A stretch of 64,000 bases of DNA from Escherichia phage vB_EcoM_Skers. Numbering within the stretch: position 1 is the stretch's first letter; every line of letters begins with the position of its first letter. Location: sequence record MW748999.1. The stretch is one strand, 5' to 3'. Position numbers and translations under genes: made by a program. Positions 26,061 to 35,091 of this stretch are shown here, one piece after another. The notes under the pieces were generated by a model. The model was not told where the DNA came from. It made no database searches and saw nothing but the letters and a program-made list of their open reading frames with translations.

Positions 26061-26089
26061 ATATTACTACCCCCGTTTCATGCTGTCAA
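26061..26089 (-). promoter_or_regulatory. PeSL-type early promoter cassette
   Basis: TTGACA -35; palindrome GGGGGTA/TACCCCC; -10 TAATAT. Confidence 0.65.
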
Positions 26090-26308
26090 CTACTTTTTAA
26101 TGACAAGTTCGAATTTTGCTACCTTGCGTCCTCGTTTATTGAAAGCAACCCACGGACGGTTTTCAATGTAGAACAATTCTTCACCAATAATGAATACTGG
26201 CTGATTGTAAAGGCGACCCATCAGGTCACGCTGGCGAATGGTAGTAGATTCGTATACTTCTCCTACTACAAAGTGTTTGCTGATAGAGTCGGTGCAAGTA
26301 AATTTCAT
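26090..26308 (-). CDS. Hypothetical protein (72 aa)
   Basis: ORF with SD after PeSL. Confidence 0.55.
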   Translation of the reverse strand: MKFTCTDSISKHFVVGEVYESTTIRQRDLMGRLYNQPVFIIGEELFYIENRPWVAFNKRGRKVAKFELVIKK

Positions 26309-26341
26309 TTTGATTCTCCTTTGTTTCGTTTCGATGGGGGT

Positions 26342-26370
26342 ATATTACTACCCCCGTTATTCAGTGTCAA
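26342..26370 (-). promoter_or_regulatory. PeSL-type early promoter cassette
   Basis: TTGACA; palindrome GGGGGTA/TACCCCC; near-duplicate of 26061..26089. Confidence 0.65.
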
Positions 26371-26377
26371 CTACTTT

Positions 26378-26596
26378 TTACTTGTTGTATTCATTCCACC
26401 ATTGAGTGAGCTTATCAATTATTTTTGTGTTTCTATCCAACTTATCCCACCGTTTTCGAGGGTTTATCAACCGGAATAGGTAAGGTGTACTTGTTAAGTG
26501 GACTCGGTCAATATAGTGATTGATGTACTGTTTTTCGATTCTAAGTTTCATCTTTTTACGATGAAAATATGCAATGACTTGTTCTTCTGTTTCCAT
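26378..26596 (-). CDS. Hypothetical protein (72 aa)
   Basis: ORF with SD GGAGGAA. Confidence 0.55.
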   Translation of the reverse strand: METEEQVIAYFHRKKMKLRIEKQYINHYIDRVHLTSTPYLFRLINPRKRWDKLDRNTKIIDKLTQWWNEYNK

Positions 26597-26620
26597 ATGT
26601 TCCTCCGTTTCGATGTGCGT

Positions 26621-26649
26621 ATTATGCTATGGCAAGATCCGATTATCAA
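26621..26649 (-). promoter_or_regulatory. PeSL-type early promoter (degenerate)
   Basis: TTGATA-N17-CATAAT. Confidence 0.55.
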
Positions 26650-26656
26650 CACCCAA

Positions 26657-26686
26657 TAACAAAAAAGTCGCCACTATGGGCGACTT
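26657..26686 (-). terminator. Intrinsic terminator downstream of HAD gene
   Basis: GTCGCCcatagtGGCGAC followed by TTTTTTGTT on minus strand. Confidence 0.6.
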
Positions 26687-26696
26687 TGAACAAACA

Positions 26697-27173
26697 TTAA
26701 TCATGACCGTGATTTGCAATATCCGCTCGCGTCTTATCTTTGTGATTTCCTACGTCAAAGACACGATAACCATTTTCACGCAAAACTTTAATCACTTCTG
26801 GGTTATCCTCAAAGACTCCGACAACTTCATCTTTATCAAAGGATTTAATTACCTCTAATTTGATGTGATAATCTTTACGGGAATCGGTACGGCCTCTCAT
26901 AAAGATTTTATCAAAACACACCCCGTTAGAAATTAACCAATCAATTGTTTCCATGTAAGCATGTGAACTTCGTCCGGTGAGGATGTAAATCAAATGCCCG
27001 TTGTCGGAAAGAGCATTAATAACACGAATTACATCGTAAATGGGGGAATCTCCCCCACATGCCTTGTTATATTCGATCCATGACTCGACTTTATCAAGAT
27101 TTTCGGTTGGCATCTTTGCTAGTCGATGTGTTGGATCTGTGATCGTAAAATCTAAATCGACAAAATATATCAT
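26697..27173 (-). CDS. HAD-superfamily phosphatase (putative nucleotidase)
   Basis: N-terminal DxDxT motif (VDLDFTIT); ATGA overlap with nrdB. Confidence 0.65.
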   Translation of the reverse strand: MIYFVDLDFTITDPTHRLAKMPTENLDKVESWIEYNKACGGDSPIYDVIRVINALSDNGHLIYILTGRSSHAYMETIDWLISNGVCFDKIFMRGRTDSRKDYHIKLEVIKSFDKDEVVGVFEDNPEVIKVLRENGYRVFDVGNHKDKTRADIANHGHD

Positions 27174-28357
27174 AGATATTTACCGAATCGGTTGTAGTCA
27201 TCGTCTGTTAAATCGGTATTAACCTGAGACACCAGATACATAATCTCTACTTCTTGCGCCGCGTTTTGAACTTCGTCAGAGTTTAACCACTTACGCATCC
27301 ACGGTAACGGATGACGACGAACACTAAACGGGCTTTTCAGTCCGACAGCACGCATACGGGAATCTGCCAGGTATTCTACATAGGTTTTCAGAATTTCCGG
27401 TGACAGGTTAGGAATTGCCCCCATTGCGAATAGGTGGTCTACCCATTCTTTTTCTTGCTCGACAACATCCAGAAAGATTTTCGTTGCTTCGCCTTCAAGT
27501 TCTTCCGCAATCTGTTTCCACTCATCACCATCACCCCCCGTTTGCCATTGACGAATAATGTATTGTGTGCCTTTTAAATGAAGTTGTTCATCACGCGCAA
27601 TAAATTTCATGATCTTCGCGTTACCTTCCAGTAAACCACGTTCGGCAAAGCTGAAAGTACATGCAAAGGACACATAAAAACGGATTGCTTCCAGTGCATT
27701 GACGCAGTGTGCACACAGATAAATCGAAGCCATCAGATCTCGTTTTGTATCTTCAAAAAATCTTCTTGCATCATCTAATTCTGTCTGATCGTCTCGTTCT
27801 TCCCAATAGTGGTGGAGAACTTCTTCTTCCCAATAGCGGAGATCTTCTTTTGCATTCTCATACTTACGAATCCAATAAAGAACATCATCATAATATTTCC
27901 CGATAGATTCCGCTCGCTTCATGATAGCAGGGTTATCGATGATCTGGTCGAACTCACTAGCCGGATCAATGAAACAGTTACGCATAATGTGTGTATAGCT
28001 TCGGCTATGAATCGTTTCGCTGAATGTCCATGTTTGCAACCATGTATCGAGAGTTGGATCAGATACAATTGGACCAAATGCTGCGGACGGTGCGCGACCT
28101 TGAATAGAATCAAGTAATGTCTGATACTTCAAGTTTTCGGTAAAGAAACGCTTTTCAACGTCACCCATATTAAGATATTGTATGCGGTCGGTTGCAAGTG
28201 AAATCTCTTCGGGACGCCAGAAAAATGACAATTGCTTTTCGATCAGTTCTTCAAATACTTGATGACGCTGAATATCATAGCGAGCGATACCCAACCCACT
28301 ACCCAGAAACATCGGTTCGTTCATAATATCAACATGTTCGCGGTTAAATACGCTCAT
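27170..28357 (-). CDS. nrdB: Ribonucleotide reductase small subunit (class Ia beta)
   Basis: 395 aa; ferritin-like R2 sequence (FACTFSFAERG, EQLHL); uninterrupted. Confidence 0.9.
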   Translation of the reverse strand: MSVFNREHVDIMNEPMFLGSGLGIARYDIQRHQVFEELIEKQLSFFWRPEEISLATDRIQYLNMGDVEKRFFTENLKYQTLLDSIQGRAPSAAFGPIVSDPTLDTWLQTWTFSETIHSRSYTHIMRNCFIDPASEFDQIIDNPAIMKRAESIGKYYDDVLYWIRKYENAKEDLRYWEEEVLHHYWEERDDQTELDDARRFFEDTKRDLMASIYLCAHCVNALEAIRFYVSFACTFSFAERGLLEGNAKIMKFIARDEQLHLKGTQYIIRQWQTGGDGDEWKQIAEELEGEATKIFLDVVEQEKEWVDHLFAMGAIPNLSPEILKTYVEYLADSRMRAVGLKSPFSVRRHPLPWMRKWLNSDEVQNAAQEVEIMYLVSQVNTDLTDDDYNRFGKYL

Positions 28358-28372
28358 TAATTCACCTCACTA

Positions 28373-28540
28373 TCACTTTTTAACACAAAAGAACTTAGTA
28401 TTTCTGTTTATTTCGTTATCCTGTTGCAATTCCTGCACGGCTTCAAAACAGCTTTGATGTGATGAAAACTCCACGCTGGTAACAGTTCCTTTATTATATG
28501 ATCCTACGCTAACGGAAAGCAATAACCATAATGTAGCCAT
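28373..28540 (-). CDS. Hypothetical small protein (55 aa), hydrophobic N-terminus; not in ORF track
   Basis: MATLWLLLSVS...; start overlaps upstream stop as TAATG. Confidence 0.45.
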   Translation of the reverse strand: MATLWLLLSVSVGSYNKGTVTSVEFSSHQSCFEAVQELQQDNEINRNTKFFCVKK

Positions 28541-28713
28541 TAGTTCACCTTTTGTTTTTCAACGCAATATAGATTCATAAAGCGTTTATTGTCTTCACGG
28601 ATAATCTCGCGAGCTTTAACGCAATCCTGCTTTGTTGCAAACTCAATGCTTGACATATTTCCGTAATTATACATTGAATTGCTTATTGCAATCAATAACC
28701 ATACAGTAGCCAT
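28540..28713 (-). CDS. Hypothetical small protein (57 aa), paralog of 28373..28540; not in ORF track
   Basis: MATVWLLIAIS...CVEK; TAATG coupling on both sides. Confidence 0.45.
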   Translation of the reverse strand: MATVWLLIAISNSMYNYGNMSSIEFATKQDCVKAREIIREDNKRFMNLYCVEKQKVN

Positions 28714-28880
28714 TATCCTACAACCTCAAAACATTTATCATCGGGAAGAATAGCCCATTCTACGCCGTATTCATCCTCAACGTAGTAGCAAGTCCCATCA
28801 TATCGAGCCTCATATACATCACCGACAACAAAGCTATCAGCTAGCTCAAAATCTACAGCAACACATTTTAATTTGGTCAT
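28713..28880 (-). CDS. Hypothetical small protein (55 aa)
   Basis: Start trimmed to ATG 28880 (SD GAGGA) downstream of PeSL promoter. Confidence 0.5.
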   Translation of the reverse strand: MTKLKCVAVDFELADSFVVGDVYEARYDGTCYYVEDEYGVEWAILPDDKCFEVVG

Positions 28881-28911
28881 AATAAAATCCTCACTTGTTT
28901 TTGATGGTTGT

Positions 28912-28940
28912 ATTATAGCGGGGATTTCTCCCCGCGTCAA
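28912..28940 (-). promoter_or_regulatory. PeSL-type early promoter cassette
   Basis: TTGACG-N17-TATAAT; spacer palindrome CGGGGAgaaaTCCCCG. Confidence 0.75.
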
Positions 28941-28948
28941 CACTTATT

Positions 28949-31192
28949 TTACAGCTTGCAAGATGAGCACTCGCTAGCGTCTTCCGTACCATCTGCACCG
29001 TCGCGAACGTTCGCATAATACAGGGTTTTCAGACCGTAATGTTGAGCGAACAACATATCATCTAACACATCAGCAATATCGACTTTACCAGTCTTATAAG
29101 TGCTTGGATCATAGGATGTATTGGAACTAATCGCCTGATCTACAAACTTCTGCATGATCGCTGCCAGTGTCAGATAGGGCTTGTTACCTTTCTTGATCAG
29201 TGTCCAAAGCAGGTCAATAACATCAGCATTATTCTCTACGTTCGGAATAACCTGATTAAATTGCCCTTCTTTCGATCCTTTAACCGATACAATCCCGCGA
29301 GGCGGTTCAATACCGTTTGTGCTGTTAGATACCTGAGAAGACGACTCACAAGGCATCAGAGCCGAAAGCGTACTATTACGAATGCCATATTTTTTCAGGT
29401 CTTCGCGCAGTTCTTCCCAATCCATCTCATACACAGGATCAACCAGTTCATCTACTGTCTTTTTGTACCAGTCGATAGGCAGTTCACCGCGTCCATAACG
29501 TGTTTCGTGCATCAGTTCGCAAGCACCCTTCTCTTTAGCCAGTTGCACACTAGCCTTAATCAGAGCATATTGCAAGCGTTCAAACGTTTTATGCGTAAAC
29601 TCGTTAGCGTCTTCATATGTGAAGAAATTATCCGCTAGATATGACGCAAAGTTAGTAACACCAACACCCAGAGAGCGACGTTTTTTGGCTGTCAGAGCTT
29701 GTTCTACAGGATAATCCTGATAATCTAACAGGTTGTCAAGTGCACGCACCATAACCATAGCAATGCGTTCTACTTCTTCCATGTTTTCGATATCGAAATT
29801 ACCTAAAACATATGCTGCCAAAGTACATAGGCTGATCTCTGAATCATCACGCCCCATCGGTTTAGTAGGCAGAGCAATTTCACAACACAGGTTAGATTGT
29901 TTAATTGGTGCTACATTACGAATAAACGCCCCGTGATTGTTCATGTTGTCTGTGAATGTTGGGTAGATTCGACCAGTGTTAAAACGTTCAATTGCCACCG
30001 CTAAAAACAGGTCTTCGGCTTTAACACGAGTTTTACGAACACTCGGATCTTTTTCCAGTTTTTCGTAAAGCTGGCGGAAACCTTCCTCATCTCGGAAGTA
30101 CAGATCCCACAACAAGCCACCTGCAACATCTGGACTAAACAGAGTAATGTAATCCCGTTTAAGGAATCGCTCTACCATCAGGTTATTAATCTGTACGCCG
30201 TAGTCAAGATGGCGAATGCGGTTATCTTCCACGCCCTTATTGTTCTTTAACACAATCAGACTTTCAAACTCTAAATGCCACATTGGGTAATAGAGAGTCG
30301 CCGCCCCGCCACGAATACCGCCTTGTGAGCATGACTTAACGGCAGTCTGAAAATGTTTCCAGAATGGGATAACGCCAGTATGACGAACTTCACCATGCCC
30401 GATCTTAGATCCTTCCGCGCGAATCATGCCAGCGTTGATACCGATACCAGCACGCTTGCTAATATACTTGATGATTGCATTTGCTGTTTCGTTGATGCCC
30501 TGCAATGAGTCATCACTTTCAATCACCACACACGAACTAAATTGTCGTGTTGGAGTACGCACACCCGCCATAATCGGAGTAGGCAGAGAGATTTGCTTAT
30601 TCGCAACAGCATTATAAAAATCAATCACATGTTCAAGTCGATTTTCTGTCTCTTCTTGATGCAAACACATACCAATCAGCATATACGCAAATTGCGGTGT
30701 TTCGATGATTTTCTTAGTGCTGCGATCCTGAACAAGATATTTCTCTTTTAACTGCATCGCACCAGCATAGGTCATTTTAAAATCAAGTTTATGGTCGATG
30801 AATTTCTCCAGATATTCCACTTCTTCACGGGAATATTTTTGCAGAATTTCGCGATCATATTTTCCGGTTGCAATATTACGCTCAATATGGCTATAAAAAT
30901 CAATAGGTTGGAATTGACCGTATACTGATTTACGAAGCGCGAACATTGCAAGGTTACTTGCTACATATTGATAATCAGGCGTTTCTACAGTAATGTTATC
31001 TGCGGCGACCTTAATCAATACTTTCTGGATATCATTGGTAGACATACCTTCTGTCAGAAGTGGTTCAACCATATCAAACAATTCATATGGATCAACGTTA
31101 TGACCTTCGGCTGCCGCTTCCAGAATTTTCATTACTTTTTCTTTTTCAAACGGAACAGTCAGACCGGAAGACTTAACAACATTTTTAATCAT
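28949..31192 (-). CDS. nrdA: Ribonucleotide reductase large subunit (class Ia alpha)
   Basis: 747 aa; ATP-cone N-terminus; C-terminal CSSCKL redox pair. Confidence 0.9.
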   Translation of the reverse strand: MIKNVVKSSGLTVPFEKEKVMKILEAAAEGHNVDPYELFDMVEPLLTEGMSTNDIQKVLIKVAADNITVETPDYQYVASNLAMFALRKSVYGQFQPIDFYSHIERNIATGKYDREILQKYSREEVEYLEKFIDHKLDFKMTYAGAMQLKEKYLVQDRSTKKIIETPQFAYMLIGMCLHQEETENRLEHVIDFYNAVANKQISLPTPIMAGVRTPTRQFSSCVVIESDDSLQGINETANAIIKYISKRAGIGINAGMIRAEGSKIGHGEVRHTGVIPFWKHFQTAVKSCSQGGIRGGAATLYYPMWHLEFESLIVLKNNKGVEDNRIRHLDYGVQINNLMVERFLKRDYITLFSPDVAGGLLWDLYFRDEEGFRQLYEKLEKDPSVRKTRVKAEDLFLAVAIERFNTGRIYPTFTDNMNNHGAFIRNVAPIKQSNLCCEIALPTKPMGRDDSEISLCTLAAYVLGNFDIENMEEVERIAMVMVRALDNLLDYQDYPVEQALTAKKRRSLGVGVTNFASYLADNFFTYEDANEFTHKTFERLQYALIKASVQLAKEKGACELMHETRYGRGELPIDWYKKTVDELVDPVYEMDWEELREDLKKYGIRNSTLSALMPCESSSQVSNSTNGIEPPRGIVSVKGSKEGQFNQVIPNVENNADVIDLLWTLIKKGNKPYLTLAAIMQKFVDQAISSNTSYDPSTYKTGKVDIADVLDDMLFAQHYGLKTLYYANVRDGADGTEDASECSSCKL

Positions 31193-31261
31193 ATTACCTC
31201 ACTTCATATTTTAGCAGGAACAAGTTTATCCTCCATATTGGGGGCTTTCGCCCCCTTTTGT

Positions 31262-32497
31262 TTATACTGCCATTTGAGCGGTGATTGCTGGATGGCTTTG
31301 ATAGTTGTGAATTTTAAAGTCTTTCGGAGTCTTTGTCAATACCTCATCTAAAGACTTAAATTCCGGCAACTCAATTGTTGGTTTATCAAACGGAACACGG
31401 CTTAACTGTTCCATAACTTGATCAAAATGGTTTTTGTAAATGTGGCAATCCCCACACTGATAAACCAGTTCGCCAACTTCTAACCCGCAAATCTTCGCGA
31501 TGATATGCGTTAACAGTGCATAGCTCGCTACGTTGAACGGATTCCCTAAAAAGAGATCATTCGAACGCATGAAAAATAAACAACTCAATTTGTTGTCGTT
31601 GGAAACATAAAACTGTACCATCGGATGACATACACCTAACACAGCATTATGCGTTTCCTGTACGTTCCATGAATCAATGATAATACGACGACTATACGGA
31701 TCATTCTTGATCATGTCAATAACTTTTTGTAACTGGTCTTCCCAAATCTTCGGGCGATAGACATATTCTTCATCGTCTTTAGTGCTTGATGTGTCTACGT
31801 CCATACTAGCAAAGATCGTGGTATCTGGTGCTAAAATATCCCCACCCAGATAATCACTATCAAGCAGATAACCGAAATAACCATCATCTACCCATTCCTG
31901 GAATCCCCACAAGCAATATGCATCATTAACAAAATTAGATTGAGTCTTCCAGTGATCGGCTACTAAGAATTGATTATATTCAGAATCAAACTCTTCATAA
32001 CGCATACCACGCCAGATAGCACATAAACGGTCTTCTGTTTCATTGGTTGGCGTAAAGTCTTCTACCCACGGGTGCTTAAATGTATGTGCATATTTGCTCT
32101 TAACTCGCTTAATTTTGATTTCACCGTGTGGATGAATCGGTTTGCGTCGCCACGCCATACCATACATATTGCCGACATTATAACCATTGAATCGCAAGGG
32201 ATTCTTTTCTTTCATATCAAGACAGTTGCCGCGCCAAATATCAAAGGCTTCCTCGTCAAACTTGCCGCGTGTAATTTCCTGTAAGCGACGGCGGTCAAGT
32301 GATCCCTCCATAAACCATAGCAATTCGCCAATTACAGAGGCTGTAGCCATCTTTTTAGTGGTCAGTAAGGGGAAACCCTTGCTTAAATCAATTCGCATCT
32401 CTGCGCCGAATTTAGAGAGCGTACCTACCCCCGTTCGGTCGTCACGAGGCCAACCATTATCAAGAACATCACGCAATAGTTTCAAATATTCTTTCAT
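31262..32497 (-). CDS. td: Thymidylate synthase with about 115-aa in-frame insertion
   Basis: RDDRTGVGT, catalytic CHPMVQFYV, LGNPFNVASYALL (Asn, dUMP-type); 411 aa versus about 286 aa for T4 Td. Confidence 0.85.
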   Translation of the reverse strand: MKEYLKLLRDVLDNGWPRDDRTGVGTLSKFGAEMRIDLSKGFPLLTTKKMATASVIGELLWFMEGSLDRRRLQEITRGKFDEEAFDIWRGNCLDMKEKNPLRFNGYNVGNMYGMAWRRKPIHPHGEIKIKRVKSKYAHTFKHPWVEDFTPTNETEDRLCAIWRGMRYEEFDSEYNQFLVADHWKTQSNFVNDAYCLWGFQEWVDDGYFGYLLDSDYLGGDILAPDTTIFASMDVDTSSTKDDEEYVYRPKIWEDQLQKVIDMIKNDPYSRRIIIDSWNVQETHNAVLGVCHPMVQFYVSNDNKLSCLFFMRSNDLFLGNPFNVASYALLTHIIAKICGLEVGELVYQCGDCHIYKNHFDQVMEQLSRVPFDKPTIELPEFKSLDEVLTKTPKDFKIHNYQSHPAITAQMAV

Positions 32498-32738
32498 CCC
32501 ACATCACCTTTTTCTTATTGATTGCTTTCTTACGCAGTTTTGCTACTGTCTCGTCAATGTCTATAAAGATAACACCACGGTCGAATACAGTAACAGGTCT
32601 TGAAATGTCGCTATTTTCCTGTACTGGAAGCCATGACGCTTGAGCTTCATCATAGAGATATTGTAAACCGTAATAATCTACGGCTACTGCGTAGTTTTCA
32701 CTGGTAGCTGACCATAATTGAATAATACCGACTTTCAT
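32469..32738 (-). CDS. Hypothetical protein (89 aa)
   Basis: Start trimmed to ATG 32738; TAATG-coupled to a 30-codon CxxC...CxxC micro-ORF (32738..32830). Confidence 0.45.
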   Translation of the reverse strand: MKVGIIQLWSATSENYAVAVDYYGLQYLYDEAQASWLPVQENSDISRPVTVFDRGVIFIDIDETVAKLRKKAINKKKVMWDERIFETIA

Positions 32739-32831
32739 TATTGTTCCCGTCCGCAATGTAAACACCGACTACCAGCAAACATCAAAGATTCACCACAATG
32801 TTTGCACTCATAATCTGTCAGAATTTTCATG

Positions 32832-33401
32832 TTACGCCTTCTTACGTTCTAAAATTTGTTCGCTGATCAGGTAATCATCAAGGAAGTAATTATGTTCTTC
32901 TTTTGTTGCAAAGTCAAAATATAATTCCTGAATCATTTCCTTAGAGATACCAACATCATATTCGAACGGATCATTAATTCCTGCTCGTTGAACATACGTT
33001 AATACAATACGGTCCGCAAAGTCAACCGCTTTTTCAATCAGGGAAGGTCCGCCGATAACACTTACCAAACCTTGCGTTTTCTCTAGGGCTTTTAACAGAT
33101 CCTTCAATTCAATTCCAGTATACACATCAGGTTGGTCGCCGTTTTTAGCTTTCGGTTCTGGCTTGTTGGTATCGGTGCTAACAACCACATTCAAACGTCC
33201 CCAAAGTGCTTTAGGCAGACTTTCAAAGGTATTGCGTCCCATTACTACCGCAGAAAAATCAACCTCACCAATAGTGCGGATTTGAAAGTTTTCCATATCT
33301 TTTTTGATTGGACGACCCCACGGTAAGCCACCTTTAAAACCAAAAGCCCAATTTTCATCCGACATTTTAGTGTTACCAATCGCAAATACACATTGAATCA
33401 T
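32832..33401 (-). CDS. frd: Dihydrofolate reductase
   Basis: GLPWG motif; start trimmed to ATG 33401 with SD AGGAG (track used upstream TTG). Confidence 0.85.
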   Translation of the reverse strand: MIQCVFAIGNTKMSDENWAFGFKGGLPWGRPIKKDMENFQIRTIGEVDFSAVVMGRNTFESLPKALWGRLNVVVSTDTNKPEPKAKNGDQPDVYTGIELKDLLKALEKTQGLVSVIGGPSLIEKAVDFADRIVLTYVQRAGINDPFEYDVGISKEMIQELYFDFATKEEHNYFLDDYLISEQILERKKA

Positions 33402-33415
33402 AATATAATCTCCTG

Positions 33416-33745
33416 TCAAATCAGTTTAAAGAAGTTTTCGTTTACATTTTCTTCTGTGATCTCGGTTTTAAATTCATTACCATCATCGGGAGAAACATAA
33501 TAGCGTTCGGAATAATCACGCCACATTTTCAGTAAGCTGACACCAACATTAACACCGTTTTCCCAGAAACGGAATACAATTTTATGTGCGGTGTAACGAT
33601 AATCACTTTGAATTAAGCTGCCATCCCCGCGACGAGATTCATAAACCGTAATACAATCGCGGTTAGCGGCGTTAAGACATTCTTCAATAGTCCCGCATGA
33701 GACAATTTCGGTTGATTCGTCTACGATTTTTTCTACTGTCCACAT
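33416..33745 (-). CDS. Hypothetical protein (109 aa)
   Basis: ORF with SD GAGGA downstream of PeSL. Confidence 0.55.
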   Translation of the reverse strand: MWTVEKIVDESTEIVSCGTIEECLNAANRDCITVYESRRGDGSLIQSDYRYTAHKIVFRFWENGVNVGVSLLKMWRDYSERYYVSPDDGNEFKTEITEENVNENFFKLI

Positions 33746-33776
33746 AATATAATCCTCTCTTTGTTTCGATGTTTGT

Positions 33777-33804
33777 ATTATACACTGTTGCGTTACGCTG
33801 TCAA
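33777..33804 (-). promoter_or_regulatory. PeSL-type early promoter (no palindrome)
   Basis: TTGACA-N16-TATAAT. Confidence 0.6.
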
Positions 33805-34971
33805 CTCTTTTTCAAAAGATTTTACGATATACATGATAGTGCTCAATTCAGACGGCGCTACTGTCTCTGTCCAGCCATCCGGCATATCTTCTTTCGAGAT
33901 ATAGGAAGTTTTACCTTTCATCGCTTCCTTGATTTTGTTTTCTAATTCTAAGATCTTTTGACCATCTTGTAAAGTCAATTCATAAAAGATCTCGTGATCG
34001 AACTTTGAAACACGAGATTGGTTTCTCATGCGCTCATGTGTTTCTTTGTTTGTTATTCCAAATTTCACGCCAACAAAGGAATCATTGTTGGTTAATTTCT
34101 GTATATAAAGAGTTCCTGTCTTTAATGCCTGATAACCATGCTTAGAACACAACGGGCAGCGTGTTCCGCGATTAACAAAATTATCAATAGTTACAACCCA
34201 TTCATGGTTACGTTCGCATGTCAGAAGTATTCTTGTTAATGCACCTTTCCACTTTCCTGAAATCCCAATAAATTTTAGTCTGTTGGTTTCGCATATTTTT
34301 TCAATTTGTTTTAATCGGTCACTTTTTGTTATTGGTGCTGTTCCGCTACATTTGTGACACCGACGACCTAGTTTGAACTTATCATAACTTTGTTCGTAAA
34401 TGTGATTATTAGGACACTCAAATTTAAGTTTAGTTTTTGTTCCTTTCCATTCCCCAATTATACCCAAAAATTTATAATCTCCTTTATTTTCATTTATATA
34501 AGATAAGGAATCTTCTTTATCATACATCTTGCCACCGTTACATAAAGGACATCTTGTTTTTTGATGAATGAAATCTGTATATGTTGGTTGGTATGTGTGT
34601 CCGTTTGCACAGTTCATAATGAGTCTTGTTCTGCTATTTTTATACTCCCCACCAACAAAACCAACAAATACATCGTTTGTTTCTTGTTTTATTCTTTCTA
34701 TCACATGGTTTAGGTTTAATCTTTGAGAATCAACCACACATTTCTTACACGAAACTTTTTTCCTGATATTTGCTAGAGTTGATGTGTATTCATGCTTGTT
34801 ATTACATAATATAAGAGCTTTTGTTTTGAGACCAGACCATTCTCCAACAAACCCCATGAAAGAATAACCAACTTCCAAACATGAATTTTTTACAACATTT
34901 TCCCAATAGAAGGGAGTTTTCGTGTTTCCTTTTATTTCTATACGAATCTCATGTGCTTGACGTACTAACAT
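33793..34971 (-). CDS. Repeat protein: four zinc-ribbon-like repeats plus C-terminal GIY-YIG-like (T5orf172-type) domain
   Basis: Four ~60-aa repeats F.G..GEW.G..T...C.N.H...(x)...RC..C; C-terminal GTLYIQ...VKFGITNKETHERM...HEIFYEL...GWTE; start trimmed to ATG 34971. Confidence 0.5.
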   Translation of the reverse strand: MLVRQAHEIRIEIKGNTKTPFYWENVVKNSCLEVGYSFMGFVGEWSGLKTKALILCNNKHEYTSTLANIRKKVSCKKCVVDSQRLNLNHVIERIKQETNDVFVGFVGGEYKNSRTRLIMNCANGHTYQPTYTDFIHQKTRCPLCNGGKMYDKEDSLSYINENKGDYKFLGIIGEWKGTKTKLKFECPNNHIYEQSYDKFKLGRRCHKCSGTAPITKSDRLKQIEKICETNRLKFIGISGKWKGALTRILLTCERNHEWVVTIDNFVNRGTRCPLCSKHGYQALKTGTLYIQKLTNNDSFVGVKFGITNKETHERMRNQSRVSKFDHEIFYELTLQDGQKILELENKIKEAMKGKTSYISKEDMPDGWTETVAPSELSTIMYIVKSFEKELTA

Positions 34972-35001
34972 AATTTTATCCTCCTTTGTTTCGATGTTTG
35001 T

Positions 35002-35029
35002 ATTATACATCCTAACATCAGCATGTCAA
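35002..35029 (-). promoter_or_regulatory. PeSL-type early promoter (no palindrome)
   Basis: TTGACA-N16-TATAAT. Confidence 0.6.
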
Positions 35030-35049
35030 CACCTTTTTCATAAAAATTT

Positions 35050-35081
35050 AGGCAATAAAAAAGCCTCCCCGAAGGGAGGCT
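35050..35081 (-). terminator. Intrinsic terminator downstream of gene 32
   Basis: AGCCTCCCttcgGGGAGGCT followed by TTTTTTATTGCC on minus strand. Confidence 0.7.
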
Positions 35082-35091
35082 GTAAAATTCA

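Noticed and set aside
27170-28357. Intron in nrdB (as in T4)
   Set aside because: Single uninterrupted 395-aa ORF with intact R2 motifs.
31262-32497. Intein or group I intron in td
   Set aside because: The reading frame is continuous and the insert junctions lack intein signature residues. No split ORF or intron-like untranslated gap is present.
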